Assembly (NCBI GenBank): GCA_002633005.1 | Contig: NMRA01000206.1 | Span: 207,250-271,249 of the forward strand | From: Phoronis australis | Taxonomy: Eukaryota; Animalia; Phoronida | Reading direction: 5' to 3' | Length of the DNA: 64,000 nucleotides | In this document: piece by piece, positions 14,340 through 26,600 of the stretch | Numbering within the stretch: position 1 is the stretch's first letter | Layout: every line of letters starts with the position of its first letter | Notes under the pieces: model-generated | The model's input: only the letters and a program-made list of their open reading frames with translations | What the model was told of the DNA's origin: nothing | Database searches by the model: none | Position numbers and translations under genes: made by a program

Positions 14340-15204
14340 CAGCACCATCTGCGCGCCGTTTTCGGCGCAAACCTTCGAAAATCGCGGTTTCCTCCCCTCC
14401 CCTTTACGACAATGCGGACCCAGCAGGGTCGTCAGTAAAGTTGAAACACTTGGCTCATGTGTCTCTCAACTTCCTAAAACGATATACGTAATCGCAAGTC
14501 AGTGTGCTTTAAATTAGAACATCGTTACTACCGATGTGATAACCTGACTATAATGTGTAATTTTTAGCTAAACCATATGCTTTATCTAGCGTTTGTCCAA
14601 TTGGTACTTTTTCCTGTTACAAACACCCAAACACAAGCCTCCCCTCCCGTCCACTGAAACAATACAGATAACACAACTCCAGCGTTGTATAACAAAACCC
14701 GAACGTAGGACGAACGTATAGCGATTTTCACGCGTACGCGGGGTACGTCAAACGGCAGTTTTACCGATGAATNCAGCACCATCTGCGCGCCGAACGGCGC
14801 TAACCTTCGAAAATCGCGGTTTCCTCCCCTCCCCTTTACGACAATGCGGACCCAGCAGGGTCGCCAGTAAAGTTGAAACACTTGGCTCATGTGTCTTTCA
14901 ACTTCCTAAAACGATATACGTAATCGCAAGTCAGTGTGCTTTAAATTAGAACATCGTTACTACCGATGTGATAACCTGACTATAATGTGTAATTTTTAGC
15001 TAAACCATATGCTTTATCTAGCGTTTGTCCAATTGGTACTTTTTCCTGTTACAAACACCCAAACACAAGCCTCCCCTCCCGTCCACTGAAACAATACAGA
15101 TAACACAACTCCAGCGTTGTATAACAAAACCCGAACGTAGGACGAACGTATAGCGATTTTCACGCGTACGCGGGGTACGTCAAACGGCAGTTTTACCGAT
15201 GAAT
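14340..15204. repeat. About 432-bp direct duplication across the N at 14773 (probable assembly overlap)
   Basis: 14340-14772 is nearly identical to 14774-15204. Confidence 0.9.
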
Positions 15205-15819
15205 TGTGCCGTTTTATGGTGGTTGAATATTCTGTGGACAGGTCCTCAGCGTCATCTGCCATTTGCCTGTCCGTTGGATGGATATTCAAACAGTGGGGTC
15301 TCAGGGCCATTTTTTAAATTCTTTGGAACCATCGCGCCATGAAGTAGCCGCTGTAGTGGTGCACGCAAAAATTCAACATGACAATGAAATAACTAATGGG
15401 TAAGCGTAGTGTTTTTCAATTCAACCCGCCATTTAAGTGATAAAAATCACTGTCGCCTAACGTTATAATGATCTCTTTTTTCCTTTCATCAGAATTGGCA
15501 GTTGACTGGATGCGTACAAAAAATTCATCTTGCTGCAGGAAACGGTGGAAATGTCGAGTTTTTAAACTTTTGAGTGAAATATTTCACACTGGCTTGACGT
15601 AGGGATACCATTTTTCAGTCGTGGGAAGAACTCGTTGATAGGATTAGTTTCCAATATAATATTACTCGAAAAATCGCTTTGTTTGTTTAACAATCACCGG
15701 ATGACTCGTGACATCTCCTGCTCACCTCCGAGTGCCTTGCCCAGACAAAAGTAACTAAAAAGTAGAGGCGAGAATAGCAGATGACAACTAAAGCTGCTAA
15801 GTTTAATTAGAAGAGCAAA

Positions 15820-18382
15820 ATGACGCTGAAGACAAAGATGGCGATAACGGTGAGGTAGGCCTAATGGCTGATGACAACGCCTACCAGCAACAAGTACAGT
15901 TTTCGGGCCTGTTCCCAGTGATATTTTTTTAGTGTGGTACTGAGCTGAGCAGGCACTCTTCTAAGGATTGACAAAATAAGTTGGTCAAAATTGTCCAGGT
16001 CCCTTTGTACATGTATACTTCCATACTGTATAATCACGTACCTGAATGTACTGTATTCGCTATAATGCGTGATATTTCGATCACCTGCCACACATAGACG
16101 TAAAGGATTCAACTAGTTAAAGGCACCTTTTCTCTCCTTATGCGTAACATTACTTTTTTAAATCAATTATGACATTTTAAACTCATTGCAAAACATCCAT
16201 GCAATGATCAGCATGCACTTGTATGCTTCTTACTACGCGCATGCGTACGATACATTGGCCTAGTATCTGTGTGTCTGACAACCATATGAATCAAAAATTC
16301 ACTTTTAAATGGTTAGTTTCTAAAAATCCGTTTGGAAAATGGTCCAGTCTGATCAGTGGTTCAATTGAGTTCACGATGCTCACATTTCAAGGTTAGTGAA
16401 GGCTATAATTTCCCGTGAAATCCCTGCCCTGTACACACGTAATTAAAGTTCAGCGCCCTAATCCTCTCTTCAGAGACAAAGAAATCGTTGGACCAGTACA
16501 TGGAGTTAATATTCAAACCGTCACGCTGAAATTTAAGTCTTCATAATCACGTTTATTAATTCTTTCTTAATGAGAACGATAATGATAACTGCAATAGGGA
16601 TACTGGTGGTGATAATGGTAATGATAACGATAATGGCAATGATAATGTTAATCATTACGATAGATGGTAATGTCAATGGCAACGGTAGTGATAATGATAA
16701 AAATAATTATCATGATTCTGATTATGATACTGATGCTTATGATAATGATATTAATAATTTTAAAAAAGTACCAGGCAAGCGTGATTTTTATGCTTATGGC
16801 CTAAAACAGCATTAGAAATTTAGCAAATTATGAATGCATCACCATGGCAACAAATCAGAGGCTGGGCTCGTATTTACGTGTACTTAGAGCGTGACTGTGA
16901 ACGAATGAATCAAATGACGCCGTAGCCTAATAGGTACTAGAAACAATGGAAGATCCCTGATAAAATATAAATGGCCCAGATTGCGATTGCGATTTTGGTT
17001 CAAAAGTAATTGGAGTTCCGAGTTTATTCAATTAGTAAAATATGTAAATCGCCTTCTCGCTGATTGGTCGACCATTTCGAGACGTACTCACTCTGTCCTT
17101 TGTCATCGGTTAGCTGGTTGCAATTGTTTCCCGCCTTTGCGTGACCCGGAATTTGGGCAGAGTCGTGTGTTAGGGAGAACATTTAGACATCACTGTGAAG
17201 ACTGTATGCATTAATCATGCTAAGATTCTTGCTACAGAAGAAAACTAGTACCCCTACAATGTCGAAGAGCATATCTTCATTAAAACCAAGAAGCCCACAC
17301 TGTGAACTGAGACCAAGGACTTCAACTCCTCCTGATTTACTACTCTGTCCTATATCCGGGTCCGGAAAAGACGGGAAGCAACAGCTAACACTGAGCCATT
17401 CGTTAACAAATGTCCGTACAGTGCAGCCCAAACCATTCAAATCTTCTGTATGTAGTTTCTGAATACGTGTTTATATTTTATCCCTTACGCGTTGAATCCG
17501 TCGAGGGAAATACGGCCATGTAATAAAGTTTTCCGTATTCACCTCCCGCACTACTTCAACAGTGACCTCTGACATGGAAAGTTCAAAAGGTAGGTAAATG
17601 TCGACTCGACGTCTTCGGCCGGTTCGATCATCAAACTTTCCGAATATAGTTTAAAGTAATACAGCTGCAGCAGTGTAACAAACATTCGACATGCAACAGT
17701 CTCTAAACGTACAATCTGGAACAAACTGTACATTATAAGACACTTACATGTATGTCTAAGTTTTCAGTTGCTGAATACTACATGTATATCGTCTGCAACT
17801 CAGGCGCCGATTTATAGGAAACTAAAATATCAAATATTGTTGTTTTTTAACTATTTCCAAGAGATGTTACAAGTTCACTGCACAGTTGCCGTTGTTTTAA
17901 TCTTTGTTACCTCTTTTCAAGAAATAAATCGTTACTTTTAAAACTGTTTCTTTTACAACTTGTAACCTAACGCGCCATTACATACATATAGGATGTGATC
18001 CGCCATGTGAACAGTCTGGATGAAGTATTTGAAAAATCTACAAAAAATGTAAGAAACTTAGGAATTTGTAGCGCATGGGATAAATACAAATTCGGTCTCG
18101 GTCGATACGCGGAATAATGTCTCGTGGGATATTATTTCATGTACTGACGACACTCTCGGTACGTTTTGTGTATTTATTGAGCTTTTCAAGTGAACATGAA
18201 ACTGACTTGCCTCCTTTGTTTCATACCATTCTTTCTCCAATACGATTCAGTCAAAAAGGAAGGATTGGGAACGTGGACAAATGACGCCCAAACCCAAACA
18301 TCCGAACATGAAGAGTACAGTGCACAACATAAACCAATGCCGAAAAAGAATAGTGAAATCACAGTTGCTAGAGGAACATTAA
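15820..18382 (+). CDS. Putative 3-exon small basic protein of unknown function (exons 15820-15849, 17238-17447, 18251-18382; 123 aa)
   Basis: CAAAATG start after an in-frame stop; donors ACG|GTGAGG and TCT|GTATGT; acceptors ttcttgctacAG and tacgattcAG; all phase 0 and all exons open. No family recognised. Confidence 0.5.
16578..16757. repeat. Degenerate (GAT/AAT)n low-complexity tract
   Basis: gataatgataat-type triplet repeats. Confidence 0.8.
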
Positions 18383-21300
18383 TATCCCTTTTCGAAAATA
18401 TGTTGATGTTGTTGCTTACTAAACGTGTACACTGCATAAATCGGGAAGAGAGAGAAAATCAGCACCGCGCCAACACACAGTGTACTGTGCCAGTTGTTAA
18501 CGTTTACCCGTCTACTTGAAATAATTCCTCAAGCTAAAGTGTTATCAAGTTTTACGTTTTAGTATTGTCTGGGTTCAAATATCTTCCAAGCTGAAACTTA
18601 GTCACCTATATATAAGAGCACGAACGAAATATTTGTCCCTGGTCTGATTTTGTTGTGACTTACATGATAGTATTCCAAAAACAAGGCGCCTCTCACACTA
18701 AGGTAGTTATCCTTTTTAAAGCTTAAAAGCTCTTAAGGAGTTTGAAGTAAAAAATCGAGGCATGCGTTAAATGTGGGAGGCATTTGTTACAGTAATTCCG
18801 TGCACGATCTCGCATTCGAAGCTTGTTTCGGCCAATTGTTTCCACCAGCCTCCACCTCCTTGCATTAAGCGGTAACATCGGGCTATGGCGTACAAAGAAC
18901 TACATATGTGTCACCGGGCCCTAAAGAACAAATGTTTCGGAACCATTAAATCAAAAGAAGAGTGTCCCTTATTAGACGTGTGCAACTTATTCTTTAAGTT
19001 TTACCTTAGCTGGGAAAAGAGATTATTTATCACGCATGCATGCACATTTACAGTTCGTAATTCAAGGACATATTCAAGGCAAATGTAAATTATTTTTGTC
19101 TCCAATAGCCGATCATTTAGAAAGTGCTATTAAATCACAAAAGGTGTTGCAAACGTATCATTAGAAATATCATATTTTGATTAATAAAGTACGTTTTAAT
19201 TCGATATCTCAGTGAAGAATTAGGTACAGCATATATGTATACCATGGTTTTAGGTTCATCCCATTTTTTTCGAGTTCTTCGATTTTTTTCTGCCCCAGCT
19301 AATGTCAAGATAAAGTTATTTTATTTGCACTCATTCATTATTGGAAGTGTTTGACTATGGACAGAAGTTCATTGAATTACCGGCTGTAGCGTGCCAGTTT
19401 GTTTATGACCAATTTGAAACATAAAACACATAATGACATTTAGTACACCCGGGATCAGGGATGAAAACGTTCCCTAGTATAGACATCTGGAATATATTAG
19501 CTTGTACAAGTACCACCGGATACAATGCAACAAAGACCGTTGGGGTTTTACGATTTTATTATAAATGACCAGCTCTTGCCCTCGGTTGCCACTGAAATGG
19601 AGACTGATGCTATAGTTGTTTAGCTCCGCCACCAAGTGGAAGTTCGAATCCGTCTTAGTGCGGATTTCAGGATAAGGGGAGATTAGAAATTTTTGATGAC
19701 CTGGATCGACAGAACAGAGAATGAAACTTGTGACATCAGCGCGATGTGACCATTTGGAGAAATTACATTTTTCCTTGGCCTCCCTATCATGTCTACCTTC
19801 CCGCAATTCACAGCGACCGGCTACTAGGAAGAGATAAAAGTGGCGGCGATCGTGGGGTTATACGTCCAGTTACTTCAACGTTTCCACGAGATAGGTCGAA
19901 ACCAAAGGAAGGTGGAGGTTTGACACTAATATACATGTAAGAGACGACTAGGTGGGAACGAGACGACACTGGTGGTGACCAAAGAAGTTCAGTGTTACTC
20001 GACGTCTCCTTAAGAAAGTTTTACTTTCCTAAAATGGACATAACCAGGGTCAGAGGTGGGTACTTAAGACTGGCTCTAAGGCTGATTTAAACCCATGAAC
20101 TCGGAGGTCGAAGTTCCACAATTTCCTCGTATACCTAAGGTGATAGGCAGTCGATCTGTCTCAATTTCATCTTATTTATTTCCACTGACTGACCGAAAAA
20201 AAATCTTCGGGAATCGGCGACCGCTAATAAAATCAAAGCGAACAAATTTTAGTTCTTTTGTAGGTTTAGACAAAGTTAATGACTTCAAAAGTCTATCCCG
20301 CCGAAGAATAATCCCAGAAGTAACTTTTTCGACCTTAAAACCGACTGCACCTGATTATCCGACAACAACTTGCTAATGGTGGAGCCTTGATTAGCAACGG
20401 TGTTCCCTTCCACTAAAGGTGTCGCTCTGCTCTATCGTAAACAGCAACGAAATCTATAACCAATCATGTAAATGATTTTGAACCGTTTTCTCAAATATTT
20501 AAGAAAAAAGCAACTCGTTTTGTTCATAAAGCCGGTCTCTAATTTGTCTAAAATACTTGTGTGACTGCTGCCACACAAAATATATAGTAACAAAAAATTC
20601 GGAGAAACAGACATAGAATAAACGTAACGGTTGGACCTTGGGGAAATTAATGCTGGACATGTCTGTATCGAATCGGGGTCACAAGATTGGGGAAACAAAT
20701 TGTGTAAGAACCCGTTGGAAACTGTTATTTTCTGAACGCTTACATCGTGAGAGGCTCGGACTTTTTTAAGTGTTTTTAAGTATCAAAATTAACTTATTTT
20801 TACCACCTACAGTATATGTAAGCTACACGTGTTCAGTGCAGGTTCGCGCACTTGGAAATGACGTTAAAGATGCCATTGTCTCAATAAAACCGTGAATATT
20901 TAAATCTGTAACAAGCGCCACCTAGTGATTTCCTGGAGAGCTGTGTCTGAAAGTACAAATAGGAAATAAACTGCGATTTAAAGAAAACACAACTTAAAAA
21001 CAAGTGTGAAAACCTTGTATTTCCAAATATTACATAATAGTTAATTGATAGTGTATTAAACAAATAATAAAAGTGAGCTTTGTTTCATTCAGTAGGGTAA
21101 CGATGGAATATGACCATACTTATTTACATAAAACTAGTCTCGTAACTGGTTCTCGGATGGTTTCCGGCTCCTGGAGGACCCGGAATTGTTTTATAAATGA
21201 GTACTACATTTGCATGTTCACAATTTAATGAGACAATGCATCTTAAACCCACGCGAAAAATCACAGGGCTTACACTTATATCCCGATACTTCTACACGCA

Positions 21301-21399
21301 GACGCATAATCATTTACCAACCCTACTTAACATGTGACCATGATATGAGACCAATGGTATTATCCCAACAACGGCAATGAGGTGATCCTAATCCTCCAC

Positions 21400-21500
21400 A
21401 ATGATTGCTCATGCATGATCTACCTATCGTAATCTCGACGCCTGCAGGCTGGCTGCACAACACGCCTCACGAGACTTCCATCGGAATACTAATTTTTAAG
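21400..21500 (+). other. Possible 5'-UTR exon of the SLC46-like gene (start approximate)
   Basis: Consensus donor AAG|GTAAGT at 21500/21501 about 1 kb upstream of the acceptor at 22542; no transcript evidence. Confidence 0.3.
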
Positions 21501-22577
21501 GTAAGTGCAACTACAGCTAAATACACGGGCTACACTTTCTTAACCTACGATTTTCCTTGACTAATTGGGCAAACTTGCCGCTTCTCACAGCTTGTAATTC
21601 TCAACCCGTGGCACTAGGTTGACGTTGGTATTGTTCATAACACTGCTGATTTCCACACTACAAGCACAAGTGACGCTTTTTTTCTCCTGGGCACCGATTC
21701 CCTGTGGTTGGTAAAACGACAATTGCGGCGTTTGTCTATCTCGAGAAGCAGCACGAAAATTGCCCTTACTGAGAGAAGGAAAATGGTCTCGAGATTGGGG
21801 CGACCGGGGTATGGCAAATTAAGTCACCTGGGCAGTAAATTATTTAGCACGGAGTCACCTAGAAGTATCAATATTTGGCATTCAATAACGTGAACAATCA
21901 CTTATCGGTCCCTGTCTGACCATGTAAACAAATACTTAAGTACATGTAACTACTGCGAGAAGATTATTATTTTTTAAATAAAACAATGATGCCATAAAAT
22001 TGGAAATGTTCTGATTACTCTGTACATGCAACCATTGTTAAAAGGATATTAAAATTTCATGTGTTGGTGCTTTTGCCCAAACTGTATAATTTGTTTACTT
22101 TTTCCTGGAAGACTAAAGCACTGCTTAGTTCAGACGCTGTTCTTATTGAATTACAAAATGGATTCGATGGTTTGAAAGTAATCGTTCCCCACAGTCGTCC
22201 ATCAACTTCCATTAGTCACGCTATGGTGTTAAGCATAATGTAGGTGTATAAGGAAATGTGGAGCAGCGTTTTTATCTCTCCACTGACGTCACATTGAGCT
22301 TGTACAGAAAGGGTGGCAGAGTCAGTTTTAAGTTAAATAACTGATTTAGTAGACCGCTGACAGAAAACTGACAGGTCTGCTTTGCACCTGCAGAAATTCA
22401 CTGCCTCTAGCCACCGTTTAAATTTAATGATCGACTGGAAAATGAAAAGAATGATCTCCAGAATGTTCAATTTGATTGCTATATCGTATAGAACAAATGA
22501 CACAGCGATTAACATCAGATCCAAATTCATTTGAATTTACAGAGCTAAGATCTCATCCGGTCCCGATCGAATTAAAG

Positions 22578-23697
22578 ATGGCAGGTTATGAAGAAAGGCG
22601 ACGCCACGTGACAGAGAATGGAACTGTGATAAGAAAGCCTGACAGAGCCATTGTTTTAGAACCACTAGCGTTTGCGTATTTCGTGGGCGTGTTTGGAATA
22701 AATTTCATTGTTGGTCAGTATGCATTCGTCCGAATTGGAGAAGAACGTCATTATTCTCAGTCTGGAGTTGGTAACCGTAAAAACAACAGCGTTTGTTTAG
22801 CAAATTTTTCAGATCCGTCTTTCATTCTGCAACAGGAGATCGAAAAACAAACATCTCATTTCACGTTACTCCTCAACGGTGCCAGTTCCGGTTTAGCTAT
22901 TTTATCTGTGCTCTATTTGGGTGGTTTCACGGATAAAAGGGGACGCAGGCTGGGGGTTATCGCTCCTGTTGTTGGTACTTTATTTCAATCCCTGGTTTAT
23001 GTAGCGGTGATATATTTTAACGCCAGTGTATACTTCCTTCTACTGGGCAGCGCCGTCAACGGACTAACAGGAAGTCTTGGTGTTTTTATGATGACTACTT
23101 TCGCCTATTTAGCCGACTCCACGACACACGAGACAAGATCCGGTCGGATTGCCATAATTGAAATTATATTAACAGTTGCTGTTAGTGTGTCGCTTACATC
23201 TCTTGGATTCTGGGTTTCGTATAGTGGTTTTCTGTGGCCCATGTTGAGCATTTCCGGAATTCTATCCATTTGCTTCATTTACAGTTTATACTTTGTGCCA
23301 GAGACAGTCATCAATTCTCCAAATACGCAGGTCTCTATGTGTAGAATAATCAAACATGGAGTCGAAGTGTTTACAGAAGAGAAGGAAAGCAGACGACAAA
23401 TGAAACTCGGGCTTTTACTTTCCGCGACCATGTTGGTCATGATAACTTACAGCGCCAGCTCACCCATTCAAACACTCTATATGCTGAACTCTCCACTCTG
23501 CTTGAGTTCCATGGAAATAGGGATCACGATGGGAATAACGTGCGTAGCTTTAGCTCTGGGATCGGCGATTGGCGTATTTCTGTTCTTCAAAGTGCTCAAA
23601 ATATCTGACACTGTCGTTTGTCTGATAAGTTGCTTTTCTGGAGCAGCACGTTATACAATGTTCGGTGTAGCAAGAACTCGTGCGATGGTATACATTG
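22578..23697 (+). CDS. SLC46-like transporter coding exon 1 (MAGYEERRRH...RAMVYI)
   Basis: ATG in AAAGATGG context just after acceptor tttacAG (22542); ends at ATTG|GTAAGA. An in-frame ATG at 22497 is an alternative start. Confidence 0.9.
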
Positions 23698-26600
23698 GTA
23701 AGAATCAAAACTCAGTTTTTCACTCATTGTCTGTTGTCTATCAAAATATTGGACACGAAAAGCTTAGGTTGCACATGAGTGTGTGTGTGTGGCCAATACG
23801 CTTTACATGTAACCACTAACTTGTTTTGCCAAGTGTTCAAACAAGTTAAAGAAAAATTTTGAGTTTTGTTCGATGGACCTGCTAGCAAAAAAATACGCTG
23901 CATCTCTTCCCCCTACCCACTCCGAAGTCTGGCTACTGGGCTCTCAGTCATCGCCTAAAAGTGGTTCTACTTTTTGAAGCTTTCTGGTCAATTTGGAAAA
24001 TTTAACTTACTTTAAAAGGTACTCTGAATCTTTTAGTCAATTTCTATACGAATGAATTTAAGTTACAAAACAATGCTCGTCGCACCAGGCGTAGTGACGC
24101 ATTGAAGAAGTTTCGAAAACGTCACCTTGCCTTTCAGTTCAGGGTAAAGTTAAGTAACTCTAGAATCTCATTAGGACTTCGCTAGGAAAGCAAGACTTCG
24201 CGAGGTAGTGCGACACGTGTATATTGCCGTGTATTCTGTACATGTATGAGAGCACATGATTTCTCTGGCAGCAAGACAGGTACTGAACTCTACCTCAGTT
24301 GTAAAGTGCACCGTCTAGCCGAGACCCTTGTCTTGTCTTTGACTTACGCAATGATGCCAGCTTCTAATAACAGTGGCGGTTCAGCCTCTCAGACAAACAC
24401 AGCATGCGCATTGCGTCTTGCTCAAGGGGTCACACTAATATTTTAAGATTTTCCAAATTTGTCAAAACCGCCTTCAAAAAGGTGACGTTAATTCCCAGTC
24501 ATACATACATGTATAGGTTGTACAACGTACGAATCGAGATTAATAACACACTGGTACAAACACGTACGTTGTATAACCTATTTATCCTATGCGCCCCGCT
24601 TGTTTTGGTGTCATTTGTTATCTTCTATCAATGATGATCGCAGATCGCGTGACACGTATACGTGCACGAAACTTTTTTATGAATGATTTTTGCAGCCTGA
24701 ATGTCACGGCAGTCAAGTTGTATTTTACACCAGCTACAGGGTTGGGGCCTGGTGCATATCTGCGATTTTCGTCTTTGGAAATATCTGTGCAGGACACCTA
24801 GACGTTGTGGATGATGCACGTTCAGACGCTTCTTAAAAATGCTCTTTGCGCGCGGTTCTTATAATTTTTAAGGTAGAAAGTATTCCGAAATTTATCGTAA
24901 AATTGACAAAAACACAGTGTTTACAAAAGTTGCAGTTTTGCTTCTGGGCTCGACGTATTTTGATTGTTTTGAGAATGAATTTAGAAATTGACTCACATTT
25001 GACCCTAAAGAACCTCAACTAGTGTAGTGCAATACATGTACATGTAGGTCACCAAAAGGAGGCATGCAGTGGTAATGTATATTGCTTTCCTAATCCCAAA
25101 TGTATTGTGGCAAGTTCGAGATTTTTTTGTGATTTAAGTGCTCTGCTCAGGTGCAAAATTTCAAGTTTATTAAGAAACATTGTCAACAATATTTTCATTT
25201 CACTTTTTTGTTTAGTTTTCAGAACTCATGTCATAGTATTGGCATGTGAAAATATTGCGCACGGAGCTGAACTCAAAGTGATGCTATATACATATAAATA
25301 CATACATACGTACGTACGTACGTACGTTACTACTATGTGTAGTGTATTGTGTGCACAGGAGGGAGTTTTGGAGATAAGGAAGGCAGGCGTATTCAACGCG
25401 TGTTGAATATGGAAAATCCATATTCAACGCGTGCTGAATATGGAAAATCCATATTCAAGGCGTGTTGAATATGGAAAAGTAGTTCTTCCATATCAAACCT
25501 CAAAATACGACCCGTATTTCATGGCCATACAATCACGCGTATAGGATAAATAGAGATTATTACATGGCGAAGTCGTTATCCCCCGTTATCTAGAGCCGGA
25601 GGGTGATAATTCTCCAAAATCCACGAGGGCTCTAGATAATGGGGATAACGACTGAGAACATGTAATAATCTATTTATACCACATACTGAACGAGAAACAT
25701 TGCAATGAATCGATCTACGTTTCTCGACTCGCCTCGGCTTTGTAACTACTTTCTATTTCAGAGGCCCGGGGTTGGAGGTCGTGACCTTTTAAGAAAAGCC
25801 GAGCTATTTTTGTCAAATAATGCTTATACTCAAAACCAATTGAAAATTTAAACAAAATAGAAATAAAGTGAATCTATATATTAAGGTTTAGCAACTATTA
25901 TAGATTAATACACATTTTATGCCGCTAAGCTTCGACCGGGTAAATATCGTATGCTAAAGTAGGTTACCACTAGTAAGTGACTATAATGCTCAAGTCAAGG
26001 GATACCGACGACACGATACTCGCATTCAAATTGGATATCGGTGATTTACAAGTGAGAGAACTCGAGAGAAAAATTTCACTCAATCAAAATATCGTTTTTA
26101 TGGAAATTATGCGTCTTATTTTTCAAAGCGTATAAATGTCGTTGGAATGCCCTTTGCTGAACATGCGATTGTTGCGCGTGCTTATAAAAGTATTCAATTT
26201 TCACGTTCAATGACGTCAGCCGCTGAGTGGTGAAGTGGTAAAGTCGGCGACTTGAAACTCTTGATGCCCGTTCGAATCCGGCCACGTCAAGATGTTATCT
26301 CACTAGTGAGATAGCTTTATGGGTTATTACACGGTTTTTTCTGCCATTCGAGGCTAAATTGTGGTATACAAATGTAAATATTACATTTTACTCGTATTGC
26401 ATTCAACTGAATTAATTAACCTACAGATGGATTTCACTGTGGGACCAGTAGTTCATACCATTCAACATTCGAGAAAGTTCGATTACGTAAAGATAGACCT
26501 TTGACAAATCGCTAGAGTCAGGAGATTATTAGTGCCGTTGCAGACTCCTTTTAATCGCAAACTGTAGTAGAATAGTGAATAACTCGACTTAGTAGCAGCG

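Noticed and set aside
14582-15310. Repeated ORFs of about 100 aa as a duplicated gene
   Set aside because: Product of the N-join duplication; no recognisable protein features
16570-16815. Met/Ile/Asp/Asn-rich ORF resembling a secreted peptide
   Set aside because: Translation of a (GAT/AAT)n microsatellite inside a predicted intron
22476-23819. Single-exon 447-aa ORF as the full protein
   Set aside because: The TTG start is not plausible in a eukaryote, and the ORF runs into intron after the donor at 23697; the remaining TM helices are in downstream exons
25390-25478. CRISPR-like array of 31-bp palindromic repeats
   Set aside because: Repeats are contiguous with no unique spacers, there are no cas genes, and the context is a eukaryotic intron
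26221-26290. Functional tRNA-Ser(TGA)
   Set aside because: Acceptor and anticodon stems do not pair and the long Ser variable arm is missing
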